Positions 12,001 to 24,691 of a stretch of 64,000 nucleotides of DNA are shown here, piece by piece (positions within the stretch are counted from its first letter, which is position 1; every line of letters begins with the position of its first letter). Both the position numbers and the translations under genes were made by a program. A model generated the notes under the pieces. That model saw only the letters and a program-made list of their open reading frames with translations, was not told the DNA's origin and searched no databases. Origin of the DNA: Marsupella aquatica (Eukaryota; Plantae; Marchantiophyta); assembly GCA_973895155.1 (NCBI GenBank), contig OZ316895.1, forward strand, positions 9,164,184 through 9,228,183, read 5' to 3'.

Positions 12001-15000
12001 CACAAGTGATTGGGGCAAACGGCAGTTTCGGTTTGGTATCCCCACTATCACTATTCCATGGTCAGCGGAGTCACCTCACGGGGAGACTACGACTATGGAG
12101 GAGGAATATGATTCAGAGGTCACCTCAGATGAAGACGAGGATGAAGTATACATGGTGAAACTGATTTCTCACCTCACGGAGGAAGATGTTTTTGGCCCCG
12201 GAGTTGCTACTCAAGAGCATGCAGTAGAGGAATCAGTTAGCCAAGTGCACGCTGTTCTAGAAGAGATGGAAGACGAGCGAAGCAAAATTGTGGAGGCTGA
12301 ACCTCTAGAGATTCATGATAGGGAGGCAGAGGATCACCCCGAGGAGGTGGAAATGCAAGCCCACACGATCATGTTTGATGATGAGCAAAGAGAGCAGTTT
12401 TTGAATGACATCCTGGATGATGACTTTAGAGAGGAGCTATTGTCACATTACAAAGAATCTGACGTTGAAGAAATAATGGCCCATGTGACAAAGGATCCAC
12501 CTCCATCCCGACCAGACCAGGAGGAGAGTGATGCACCGGTGTATGGAGGGATGAGGCTCGCACGGTTGGAAGAAACCTTTGATGAGGAGACACGCAACAA
12601 GTTGGACGTGATCAGGCCGGAGCAGTACACAAAGGTGGAAGTGGGTGAGGGCAAGACACTCAACATTGGTAGTAAGTTGGATGCTACGGAGCAACGCACG
12701 ATTCAGGAATTGTTGAAAGAGTACCAAGACGTATTTGCGTGGAGCCACCAAGATTTGAAAGGAGTGCCACCTGAGTTTGGTGAGCACAGCATTGACCTGA
12801 TGTCAGGAGCACGACCTGTGAGGCAACGCCAATACCGCCTCAACCCCAAATACTCACTCATGGTGAAGGAGGAGATTGACCGTTTGTTGGATGCAGGATT
12901 CATTTATCCGGTCATGCATAGTGAGTGGGTGTCACCCATCGTAATCGTGCCCAAGAAAAAGGGGCCAGACGGGAAGGTGAAAATACGGGTGTGCCAAGAT
13001 TTTCGAAAGTTGAATGATGCGACCAAGAAGGATCACTACCCGCTACCGTTCACGGATATCGTGTTGGACATGGTAGCAGGTTGGGAGATATAGAGCTTCT
13101 TGGATGGCTACTCTGGGTACAACCAAATCTGGATACGGGAGGAGGACCAACTCAAGACGGCTTTCACAACAGAGTGGGGGATTTTTGCATTCCGGAGAAT
13201 GCCTTTTGGGTTGTGCAATGCCCCTGGCATGTTCCAACGGCTCATGATGAATATATTTCATGACTTTTTACGCAGGTTCTTGGAGATCTTTATTGATGAC
13301 TTTGCTGTCTACGGCAAACGAGTCAAGCATCCGGAACACTTACGGTTGACTTTTCAGCGGTGCCGGGAGACTTGCCTGAAGCTGCATCCGGAGAAATGTT
13401 TCTTTGGAATTGAGGAGGGAATCCTATTGGGCCACAAAGTGTCTGCACGAGGGATTGAAGTTGATCGTGAGAAGGTCGCCGTGTGGGTAGCAGTCTCATT
13501 TCCCAAGAATGTGAAGGAAGTGAGAGGGTTCTTGGGGTGTGTTGGCTACTACCGACGCTTCATCAAAGACTTTGCCAAGGTAGCCATGCCACTCACTTCC
13601 ATGTTGAAAAAAGGAAGTGAGTTTGAACCTACTCCTTCCCGTCAGGCTGCTTTTGATGAATTGAAGAAACGATTGCTAGAGGCCCCCGTGCTCATTACGC
13701 CCAATTGGAATAAGGAATTCCATGTTTACGTAGACGTATCAGGATTTTGCATCGGTGCCGTTTTGAGTCAGTTAGATGATGATGGAAGAGACCATCCCAT
13801 CTACTTTGCCAGTAGGCAGTTGGCCCCGGCAGAGAAAAACTACTCACCCACCGATAGGGAGGCACTTGGTATCATCTACGCTTGTAAGAAGTATCGTCAT
13901 TATTTGTTGGGGTACAAGGTTGTGTTCCACACGGATCACAACAGCTTGAAATACATGGTCAACAAGCCAGATCTGTCCGGGAGAATTGCACGTTGGGTTT
14001 TGTTGCTACAAGAGTTCAACTATGAGGTGAGAGTAAGATCGGGGAAGAGTCATAGCAATGCAGACTTCTTCTCCCGTATTGAGGGAGCATCTGACTCCCA
14101 GGAGATTGATGATCGGTTCCCGGATGAGGAAGTGTTCAGCGTGAATACAGAGGCCACTACTTGGTATGGAGAAATTTTGGAATTTCTCCGCACGGCTAGA
14201 GTTCCCTCACGTTTGGGCCCGGAGAGAGCAGCAGTGTTTTTGCGTAAGACAGGTCCCTACTTGCTGGTGAAGGGAGTACTTCACAAGTACGGCATGGATG
14301 GCCGACTTCGTCGTTGTTTGGAGGAAGCGGAGATACGTACAGTCATGGCAGCATTACATGAGGAGGAAGCTGGTGGCCACTTTGCACGGGAGACCACCGC
14401 AAGGAAAATACTAGATGCTGGATATTGGTGGCCAACTCTCTTTCGGGATGTACACCGGTACATCCAGCGATGTGATCCGTGCCAGCGTCAAGGCAAACCA
14501 GGGCCCTCCTCACGACACCCATTGGTGCCCATACTTCCTCTTGCACCCTTTGAGAAGTGGGGGGTGGACTTCATTGGCCCTTTCACTCCCATCACACGAA
14601 GAGGGAGGAAGCGCTACATCATTCTTGCAACGGACTATGCCACCAAGTGGGTGGAGGCCCGAGCTACTGCCAAGGATGATGCCAACACCACGGCACGTTT
14701 TTTGTATGAGCAGATTTTTACACGATTTGGTCCACCATTGGAGTTGGTAAGTGACAGGGGTACTCACTTCCTCAATCATACGATTGAACGTTTGACGGAG
14801 AACTACTTGATCTCACATAGGAAGACCACTCCGTACCACCCTCGAGCCAACGGGCTCACTGAGAGAGCCAACGGGATCATGGGCAAGATCCTCAACAAAA
14901 CGGTATCCGCTCACAAGACCGATTGGGATTTGAAGTTGTTGGCTGCCACTTACGCTTACAACCTGGCTCACAAGACTACCACGGGCCACAGCCCCTATTT

Positions 15001-15496
15001 CCTTGTGTTTGGACAACACTCTCTTGTGCCGGTGGAATTTGAGGTTCCAACCATTCGAATCCTAACACGGGAAAGGGAAGGGGCAGAAGAAAGTGTCGCT
15101 TCACGGATCCAACAGTTGGAGCAACTCACGGAGACACGAGAAGAGGCTTTGACACATACGGAGCAGGAGCAAGGCAAACGCAAGTCACATTACGATTCCC
15201 GTCTCCGTCGTGTGTCCATTGAGGAGGGAGATTTGGTGCTCCTCTACGATAGCCGCTTCATGCATTTCCCCGGGAAGTTGCATACACGGTGGATGGGACC
15301 CTACGTAGTGGATGCCGTCTACTCCAACGGCTCGGTTCAACTCAAGACATTGGAGGGGCAACTACTCAACACACGGATCAATCAAGAGCGCCTAAAGAAG
15401 TACTACACGGAGGAAGAGTATGGTGCTCGCGGGGGCGCTTCGCAATTAAGAGAGGAGCTATGTGACGGGTACCCCGTCACGGGAAGTCACACATAA
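9098..15496 (+). pseudogene. gag-pol polyprotein (Gag, 3 CCHC zinc knuckles, protease, RT, RNase H, integrase) with one in-frame TAG at 13091-13093
   Basis: ORFs 9098-13093 and 13100-15496 share a frame: VAGWEI*SFLDGYSGYNQ. Knuckles CTKCMKFGHAPKEC, CYNCRVAGHYANVC, CQLCKGEGHLAPHC; PR VPVDGGSG; RT FIDDF; INT HEEEAGGH..CDPC, GVDFIGP, VSDRG, ERAN, WMGPY. Confidence 0.93.
15448..15457 (+). other. Polypurine tract
   Basis: AAGAGAGGAG 3 nt upstream of the 3' LTR, inside the end of the pol reading frame. Confidence 0.8.
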
Positions 15497-15938
15497 CTGG
15501 TTGCAAAGGCCGATACCTTGTTAATAGTCAATGTAAATAAGCCATTTTTTAATTTTTAGTTAATTCCGTCATTATAGGTTGATGATGCCCCAGGTGACTT
15601 TATATTCTTTCTCTCATAATAGTTCTAAGATTTGCGGCGACCTAAGTGGGCAAATATTTTGGGACCTTGAAACTAGCCAGGACCAGCCCCATAGGACTTA
15701 CCGTTTTGCTTCAAGAGCTATTGTTGAGACCCCCATTGCAAAGTCAGGAGAGGGGGGGGTTTTTTTTTAAATAAATCCCTCCTCAGGAGGGCGAGTCCCA
15801 TTAGTGGCCGTCCGAGAGAAAGAGGGGCTGCCTCGCGAGCCCATAGGGCTGCGTGCCCGGGCGATTAATGGGGCTCCGCGAGCTGAAGGGGCTGCCTCGC
15901 GAGCCCATAGGGCTGCGTGCCCGGGCAATTAATGAGGT

Positions 15939-16189
15939 CCCGCGAGCTGGGAGGATCACGCGAGCGGGGGGGAGTTAAAGGGCCTCCCGCGAGCTGGGAG
16001 GATCACGCGAGCGGGGGGGAGTTAAAGGGCCTCCCGCGAGCTGGGAGGATCACGCGAGCGGGGGGGAGTTAAAGGGCCTCCCGCGAGCTGGGAGGATCAC
16101 GCGAGCGGGGGGGAGTTAAAGGGCCTCCCGCGAGCTGGGAGGATCACGCGAGCGGGGGGGAGTTGAAGGGCCTCCCGCGAGCCGGGAGG
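15939..16189 (+). repeat. 47-bp tandem repeat in the 3' LTR (5 full units + partial)
   Basis: Same unit as 5247-5450; the LTR offset shifts from 10692 to 10739 across the array. Confidence 0.92.
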
Positions 16190-16613
16190 AATGGCCGCGC
16201 GCCCTGCATAGGGCCGCGCGCAGGAGGACGCAAGGGTAAGGCCCGAGAAATGGGCCGGGGCGCATGGCGAAGGCGCCAGGAGTTTTTTCGGTTCTATTTT
16301 TTTTTCCTTCCTTTTTCTTTCCCTCTTCCTTTTGCACGACCCTCTCATTGCCGAAAGCAAAAACGGGGTTCTTCTCTCTCTTGCCGGAAGCTCTCTCCAG
16401 ATTCTAATTATTTTTGAAGCTCTCTCTTTCATGGTGGATTAGTGGGGCTTGCTGGCGTCATTCTTCCAGGCATTAGTGGCGGCCGCACGGAGTAGTGACG
16501 GGAAATTGAGAGAATTTAAGTGATCGGGCTACGGGGGCTGTTTCGGGCCAGGGAATTGACATTGCCACGGGTGACGGGATTGGTGATTGAGAAATTGATT
16601 TCGGGATGCATGG

Positions 16614-18470
16614 ATGCTAGATCAACCAGAGTTTAGTGCGTCACGCATTCGGAGATACAAGGCTACTTACCGTGACTACGTGGAGACTCGGATTACACGG
16701 GAAAGGGAAGAGAGAGAAGTTATGATGAGCACGGGATTGGCAGCGGGTTCCTCACCGGTGGGTAGGAAGATTTTTCGTCGAATTTATCCCAAGACCTCCA
16801 CCAAGGTGATGGAGGATTGTCGGAACATTTTCCAAGCCACCGGGCTTACAGAATTCATGAAGGTGGAGATTACCATCCCTTCAGGGAAGAGCTGGGACAT
16901 TGAGGCCGGGATGGAGTTCCGAACGGAGGGAATCTACTTTGAATGTCTCAAACGTGTAGTGCCCCATGTGGAGTTGGCTAAGCTATTGTTTCTTGAGAAT
17001 CAGAAATTCTCATTCACACCTCGGAATATCAGGGGAGAACTCACGTTGAAAATGGTGGCCACTTGGGTGACCAATCCTACCTCCACCACCGCCATCCCTC
17101 TTTCTGCTGTCAAGGATGTTGAGTATAAGGGCTTCCTGGCCAAGGTGCATCAACGGGTTCTTGGCAACGTGCAATCCGGAGTGCTGAATGAGGAGCATTT
17201 CGTGGTAGCTATGGACATCAAGAACTACCCAGCCCATGTGTACGGATGGTGGTGCTACGGATTGAAGAAGCTATTGGCCGCTGAGCCCGGGAGTGTGAAA
17301 CCAGGTGGGGCTGTACATTTGATGGGGTCATTTGTATTGGCCAGGGCAGAAGGGTTGATTGGTTCTCCGGGGCATGAAGACACGGGATCATCTCTCACCA
17401 CGGAGATCCGGAGTATTGCCACTACCGTTTTAGGGAAGCTCACGGAGGAATCATTGTCTGCTGGTGGGGAGGATAATAGAGAAGAAGAGAACCAGGAGGA
17501 TGATTGCACATTGGAGTGGCTTGAATCACTCGTGGGAGATCCGAAACAGCCTCTGGAATACAACATTCCGGATGTTTACTTGGCAGAGCTACGGGATTTC
17601 AGAGAGGGAGTCCACGAGGGACTCAAGCTAGTCCACGCATTGAGGGAGTCTCTCAAGCACGCCACAGTCAAAGTAGAGACGTTAGAGCAGAGCATCCTGT
17701 CACTGAAGGAGGTGATCAAGACCAAGGAGCAGACCATTCATGAGAAGGTCAGGCACATCAATGCAGCTCACGTAGAGATCACCAACTTGAAGGGAGCTTT
17801 GTCCACCAAGGCCAAGGAAGCAGAAGAAGTAGGAGCGTTGAGGCAAGCATTGGCCAAAGAGAAGCAAAATTCTGGAGAAGTGATGGAGTGGAGGAACCAG
17901 GTGGGAGCACTACGGAGTCAGGTGGCAGCCTTTGAGACACGAGCGAAGAGAAGTGAGGCCCTGAGTCTAGGGAAACGGAAGAGTCCCGGCACACCTGGCT
18001 CCACACTTTCCCCGGATGTGATCTCCCAAGCTATCGAGATGGTGGTGAAGGAGGTTAGTGGGAAGTATGGACCCTTGTTGGATGGAGCCAAGAAGAGTCA
18101 GGAGAAGAGTAAGAGCTTGGAGAAGAAGCTCCGGGAGGTACGGAAATCGTTACGGGAGGCTCAGGTCAGTACGGGGATGCCACCCAGGTCTGTCACCCCC
18201 GGGACTCCCATGGCCACGGGGCAAGTTCTACCGTTGGAGTTGCGGTCCGGAGAAGAGGCTACCCTCTGGAAGGACACAATTGGTGAGGGGTACATCAAGG
18301 CGTGGCAGGCCTTGGCTGCTTTGAGGAAGCGCGGGAGCAGCAGCACTAAGAGTACTCCGTCGAAGAAGAAGAAAAGTACGGTGGCACTCACTCCCGTGAG
18401 TGATGAGGAGGAGGACCACTCACGGGGCACAAGTCCGGGCACCGAGAGCGAAGAAGAAGAGGAGGATTAG
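16614..18470 (+). CDS. LTR-embedded 618-aa accessory ORF (3' LTR copy)
   Basis: Identical to 5875-7731 except Q/R, Q/R and R/G changes. Confidence 0.8.
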   Translation: MLDQPEFSASRIRRYKATYRDYVETRITREREEREVMMSTGLAAGSSPVGRKIFRRIYPKTSTKVMEDCRNIFQATGLTEFMKVEITIPSGKSWDIEAGMEFRTEGIYFECLKRVVPHVELAKLLFLENQKFSFTPRNIRGELTLKMVATWVTNPTSTTAIPLSAVKDVEYKGFLAKVHQRVLGNVQSGVLNEEHFVVAMDIKNYPAHVYGWWCYGLKKLLAAEPGSVKPGGAVHLMGSFVLARAEGLIGSPGHEDTGSSLTTEIRSIATTVLGKLTEESLSAGGEDNREEENQEDDCTLEWLESLVGDPKQPLEYNIPDVYLAELRDFREGVHEGLKLVHALRESLKHATVKVETLEQSILSLKEVIKTKEQTIHEKVRHINAAHVEITNLKGALSTKAKEAEEVGALRQALAKEKQNSGEVMEWRNQVGALRSQVAAFETRAKRSEALSLGKRKSPGTPGSTLSPDVISQAIEMVVKEVSGKYGPLLDGAKKSQEKSKSLEKKLREVRKSLREAQVSTGMPPRSVTPGTPMATGQVLPLELRSGEEATLWKDTIGEGYIKAWQALAALRKRGSSSTKSTPSKKKKSTVALTPVSDEEEDHSRGTSPGTESEEEEED

Positions 18471-21400
18471 ATAGGCGTACGGACGTGGGTGTACGGCCTC
18501 CAGATTTCCAACATTTTAGTGGGGGGTCACTCATGGGCTTGTTGGGATGAGCTCGCGGAGCTGATTCCAACAAGAGGCGGCGCTCCTCAAACGGAGCCAG
18601 GATGAGCAAGTTATGGCCTGGAGAACTTATGTTTTTGCGGTACGGAAACGGCCATAACTCAGGCGTCTGAAGTCCGTTGAGGGAGCGACTTAGTGATTCG
18701 GAAGCAGGAAAAGAAGAGCTATCCAGGGGTGAGCTCAGGTGTGCACTTGGAAGGGCACCTAGTTTCGGCCATTTTGGGGTGCCTCTCACTTTCAGGGTTC
18801 ACGTGTACTGTTGGGGCGCCGTCGAAGGCACCGTCGGCCCCCTTGTTTTGGGTTTAGGGTTTTAGCAGCATGTGTGTGCCGCATGCTCCTCTTCAGTTTA
18901 AGGATTTCTCTTAGTGCAAGGTTTTAGCGGCGCCGCTAGGGTAGCCGCCACCGTTGTGACCCTGTGAGGGGTGCTTTGGTGTGATTTTTCAGTATTTAGG
19001 GGGATAGCCCCGAAGTAGTTAGGGGGACTCAGTGTGAAGTTAGCAAGGAGGGATAGAGTGGAGCCTGAGGAGTTTGAAAGCGTGTTCAGAGTAGTGAGGG
19101 GGAGCCATACTCATTGTCCGGAGAGGCAGGAGTTGAGTAGACGGCAGGAGGCCGGGTTACTCATGCAATGTGTATCGTTTTTCCCAAGAGATATGGATCT
19201 GTACATTTGACTTGATGGGCTTTTGTTGTGTGTTCCTTCTCCCTTTTTCGCTTTCCGAATTGTGTTCTCCCGTTCTATGATTTGAAGAAACTTGCTTGGT
19301 TTGAGTCGGCCTTGTGAGTAGGGGTGGTGACAGCACTCTTTGGGTGACTCCGAGTGAAGGTGTAGTGGGGTAGTCGGCAGGACTTGATCAAAAGCTGTGG
19401 GGTGAGGGTAGTCGGTAGACTTGATCAAAACCTACATTTCCGGGAGCGGAAACCAAAATACTCATCCTGGTGTGAAAAGAATCCAAATAGCGTCCCTCCA
19501 CGACCCCGTAATACGATACCAACGGTTTAAGCGAAGAAAAGTGTGGTTTGCACGTATTAACCGTTGGAGAGGCAAGTGACATCCTTGCCCATAAAAGTAC
19601 TTACATTCTCTGAGTTGCAGTTGGATAGGTGCTGCAACAATTGCGGTCAAGGAGGACATGTTTGCTTGTTTGTTCTTTCAAGTTTTGGTGGTTGTGGTGT
19701 TGAGCTTCTCAGGAGGGCAAGCAACTAGCCTTTTTAGGAGCTTTGAAACAGGTATGTGATCTCCAATGCCAAGGTTGCGTGGGGTATGCTTAGTTCATAC
19801 CCAATTCTTTTTCTTAAATCATTTGAGTGTGTTCGTACTTGCATGCGGTCAGAGGTTGTTTGCATGGCACTGTGAAAAATCTGCGCACAACTGCTGCTTG
19901 TCTATACTTCCCTTTTGCTGCATCAGTGCCCGCATTGCTCAACTCTGATCCCTGCTATGTTTGTTCCTCCAGTCCCTTTCTTTTAAGTTGCTCTTCGCAT
20001 TGCTGCTTCATGTGGCCACACAGCTCAGCAGTTTGTATTTGTTGTTTCTTGTCCATGTATAATTTCACATTCCTTGACATGTCTGTATTTCTGCCAGGCC
20101 CTTTTAGATTTGGAGAGGAGACAGGCAAGGTTACCATTATTCATTGTGCCTTTTTCCTCAACTGCTGAGTTGTTTGCTTTGCTATTCTTGCCAATATGTT
20201 GTTGTCAGTAATTGTAACTTCTAAGTTTGTTAATTGGTATTTGGTATTTCATTTCATTGGTAGTACTTTGTTTCTCTGTTTGTGTTGCATTGAATGATCC
20301 TGTTGATTGTTGTGTGTTCCATCATAGTTCCTGCTTTTAGATATTCATTTGTAGAACAGTTTCTGATAACACAATTTAGAGCCTTTGCTAAAATATTGTG
20401 GATAAATATGATTGTTTCCCTTAATTTTCCCTCAAAGTATGTTGCTAAGATTGACTAGCACATCCCATTACTTAGCCATCTATAAGCTCCTTACATTCTT
20501 TGTCTTTTGAGCAATGTTGTGTTGCCTGAGCTGTTGTGTTTGCTGAGCAGCTCAAAGAGTTGGGGTCAAGGAGGAGCTAAAGACAAGGACCAGTTGCCAT
20601 TGGGGATGACATGTGTCCCACATAGGATTGTAGCTTAGTCAACTACAGCCGGTTGGTCAAATCTTAAACCAAAACCATGTTTTGTGCTGCCAACTACCAC
20701 ACAAGAATCTGGTGCCATGCAATGTCACACTGAGTCTTTAGGTACTATTCAATCCTAAAGGGCTTCCAACAGGGCCAGGTCTGTGTTTTGACTTAATGTT
20801 GATTTTGAATGTGGCCTTCCGTCTGATGTTTTGCCTACACATCGTCCAAGTCTGTCAGTGTGTTGGTTGATTTTTATTGGTTGGACTGGCAATTTGCCCT
20901 TTCTTTTAGTTTAGTTTTGGGATGACGTTCTCATCCGTGCATCAATTTCTTCTTTGTGTTGTGAACTCTATGACGGATTGCTGTTGCTCACCCCTCCTCC
21001 ACATGTATGGAAATGACACCCATAGTTCATTGTGCCCTATGTTGAAGGTTATCTGAAGTAGGTTTTCATGAATGGAGTGAATGGTTCAATGAATGCATGA
21101 ACAGTGGAGGCATTGAAGACAGGTGTTTCTTGTAAGTAGAAGGGCAAGAAGGTTCCTGAGATTGGTAACCTGCTATGATTTAGTAGTTTACATTTGAAAA
21201 GTGCATGAGTTTTGTCAAGCTTAAGTTGTGAAAGGTAATCTTTTTTGTAAAAACTGGTTGGATGAACAAAATCAGAAGTGACATCATGATTGATGTATTA
21301 GGTGATTCAAAGACAAATAGTAAGAAAGATGTGCCCAGTGCCTCAATGTCCATAGCCAAGGAGGTATTAGGTAAGCTTATGCTTTAAATTCCTCTATATG

Positions 21401-21736
21401 AATGTTGTGAGACAAGTCATTGGTTAATAGATTCAACCTTAATATTGTGGTATGTTTATTGTTGTTCATTTAGGATAAGCAAAAGCAGACATGGTAAGGT
21501 GATAGACAGTGACAACTTTGTGGTTGGTGACATGTACATTTAGTACATGTGATTAGTGATTGACTTATGTTGGACAATGCACTGAATTGTAGTTGATGCA
21601 GAGTTGACAGACTCTCAACCAAGTGGGAGCAACATTGGATGCAAGTAAGATTTAGATGTTTCAATTGAAGCAAGTACAATGTTGGTAGATACTGAGATAA
21701 TGTCGTAGGAAAATCCTGCTACAAAAAATTTAAGCG

Positions 21737-21953
21737 AAAAAACTGATAACTGATATCAGCGGCTAATATCAGTTATAAGTGGCTGATAACTGATGATCCT
21801 CGCTACCCCTAAAGGACTCAGTGGATTCTAGTAACAAAATATACGACTCACAATCCTATAAAGGACTATAGTCCCGCCCAGTCGTTTGCAAGTCCTAAAT
21901 GGTGTTGAATAGTTGTTTAATAGGGTCTAAATACAACCCGGTTTCTACTAGTG
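21737..21953 (+). mobile_element. 3' terminus of a second CACTA element (partner end not found)
   Basis: ...CCGGTTTCTACTAGTG ending 21953 (reverse complement CACTAGTAGAAACCGG) with CTGATA/TATCAG subterminal repeats at ~21740-21795. Confidence 0.6.
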
Positions 21954-24691
21954 GGAGCATATAATTTAGCATAAGTTTTCTCAATTTAAGGTTTGTTTAT
22001 ACTTTCACTATGAGGTTTCTACTTAGTTTCACTAGATCTTAACTTTTGCAAGCTAGAACAAATATTTCAAATTTAGAATCTAACTTAATTACTTTCTTGA
22101 CTTTTCAATAAAACAGAGTTCTTCACACAACTATATATTGTTAACCATTCTCATTGCTTTTATTTTAATGACTCAAAATCATGCAAACTCCATTTTTATT
22201 CAATTCCCATTTATCACAATCAAATAATCTTTTTCAACTCTAAGAAGAACAAATTATTCAAAAGTATTTCATTTCAAGCATTTATTTTATCTTTAAACCA
22301 TTATGTTTTAAATACTCTTTATATATGTAAAACCTCGTTGGGTCTTGGGATTACAACAATTCACTAAGTATCTCTTCTGTTGGCCCTTCATCAATTGGGT
22401 CTCAAACTCGGTCCAGGTCAGGTCGTCAAGTTTTCTTGTTCAGTTCTGGTTTGATCCATTATTGTCCCTTTAATCTCCTCCCTTCTCCCCTAAGATTTTC
22501 TCTACAAAAACTTCTTACATCTCACCACTCCTTTACAAAAAAAGGTCTCAATAATTGGGTTCCACTCATCAAAATTAACCAATTATGATTCTGGCACACT
22601 TCCCTATTTGGGTTCCTAAAAACCAAGGTGAATCAGGAAACAAAAATCCACATTTCTTATTGTAAGCTCTTAATCATCTCCATGGTTGCAACCAATTCTA
22701 ATCATCTATGGTCTCCCCAAGACACTTCATACACAACCTCATCCTTTGCTGTGTCTCTTTCTCTTGTTCTCTTGTTCTATTCTTCTTTTCTCTTCTCTAG
22801 CTTCCTCCTCTGGTCCATTTCATGTCTTCAATTCTAAGTCCAAGTTAAAAAAAAAAGAACTTCCTTTTTATCATAGAATGATGGATAGAATGAATGACCA
22901 AGTAGTTGGGAGTTCCGCTGGTAGTTATATATATAGGTAAACGTGATGTATTATAGTCCTGGTTAGGATAATCTAACTAGGGACAAGTTCTAGACATAGG
23001 GGTTATAACACTCCCCCTTGGCTATATAGTGAAAGCTATGTAGGCAACTAACTCTATATGTCTAGTTTTGATACATCATGTTTATAAGAGATATATGACA
23101 TATGTACAAGTGAGGAGGACTACCTCGTTAAAACCTTTAACAACTCTTTTATAAAAAAAAACTCTATCAAGGTAGTAGAGAACAAAAATCTGGTTCCAGG
23201 AAAAAGTAGTACCGCCTATCAGGAAAACATAACCTATTTGAGATTTAGCAGTGTTGGTATCTGAAAAATAACTAGCATCCGTATATCCTACTAGTTCATG
23301 AGGTTCGTTAAATGGAAAGAATAATTTGGTGTCAATGTGACCATAGAGATAGCGAAAAACAAGCTTAAGTCCATTCCAATGTCTGGAAGTGGGTTTAGCG
23401 CTATGTCTTGCAAGTAGGTTAATAGCAAAAGAGATATCTGGTCTAGTCTAATTTGCTAAGTAAATTAGTGCACCTATATAGTGGAAAGGTATGGGGTTTC
23501 ATGTTCTAAAGCCAGTTCATCCGTATTTCCAAAAAATGTTGGTATCGTTCTATATTGAGCGTACTACCATTGGAGATGTAAGGGGATGAGCAAGCTGCAT
23601 GTTAAATTGCTTTAGGATTTTCTCAGTATATGTGGTTTGGTGCAATAAAATGTCAGTAGACAATATCTATCTTGAGTTGTAGACCAATACAAAATTTAGT
23701 GGTTCCAAGGTCTTTCATCTCAAATATAGTTTTGAGTGTTGCTATGGTGTCCTTGGTAATTATTGGAGTACCAAAAATGTTTAATCATCAATGTAAATGG
23801 CGACAATGATGAATTTGTCATCAACATGTTTAATGAATAAGCATGGTGCCAATGCATCATGGGAGAAGCCCATGGCTACCATTTCATCAATGAATTGTTG
23901 ATACCATACTCTACTACTTTGTTTTAGACCATATATGGCCTTCAACATGCGGATAGCTAGTCTGCGGCGAGTATGTCATACGGTAGACATAGTGGTGTCG
24001 TTAGGTGTATGTGTAGATGACACATTAGAATGAGATGAATCTGAGATAAGTTTGTGTAAATATGGTATATGGAGTTTTTCTCCTTGAGCTAAAGCACTGC
24101 GTCGTGCTTCTAATTATGGTGGAATGCGCATGTAGATGCACATATCAAGTGTCCCATAGAGGTATGATATGGCGACATCCATTTGCCTCATTTTCAGCTT
24201 GTGAAAAATGGCAAAGCAAATTAAGTAACAAAAAGTAATGCCGTCCATTACTGGTGAGTAAGTCTCATTGTAGTGGATGCCAAGTTGTTGTGTAAACCCT
24301 TTCCCTACTAAACGAGCCTTGTATCGGACTACTTGGCCTTTGTCATTTTGTTTCCGAACAAAGGTCCATTTGTATACTATTGGTTTTCTATCTGGTGGAG
24401 TTAACTCTGGCACTTGGCCAAAGGTATTGCGGCTAATAAGAGAGTCGAGTTTTGCATTAATAGCAGTTTGCCACTTGGCCCAATCATGCCTATTTTGGCA
24501 TTAAAGAATGGAAATTGGCTCTGGAGTATCGTTGGTAACATTAGTAGCTACCATTAACGCAAAACATTCATCCGGTAGGATGATTTGTTGATTCCACATT
24601 TCGTCTATGTGGTTATACTGTATGGAGATTTCCTCATTAGTATTGCTAAGAGGATCTGTAGTTGGAGTAGGTGAAGATAACTAGCATCTAC

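Larger units (their letters stand above)
4769..19581 (+). mobile_element. Full-length Ty3/gypsy LTR retrotransposon, non-chromovirus (Athila/Tat-related), very recent insertion
   Basis: TGTGAC...GTGACA LTRs at 4769-8842 and 15461-19581; perfect 5-bp TSD TCCTT (4764-4768, 19582-19586); PBS, PPT, gag-PR-RT-RH-INT order; no chromodomain seen. Confidence 0.97.
15461..19581 (+). repeat. 3' LTR (4121 bp)
   Basis: Copy of 4769-8842 with one extra 47-bp unit and five substitutions that I could see. Confidence 0.97.

Noticed and set aside
4769-19581. 4-kb direct repeat as a segmental duplication or assembly artefact
   Set aside because: TG...CA ends, perfect TSD, PBS, PPT and CpG-type differences all fit genuine LTRs.
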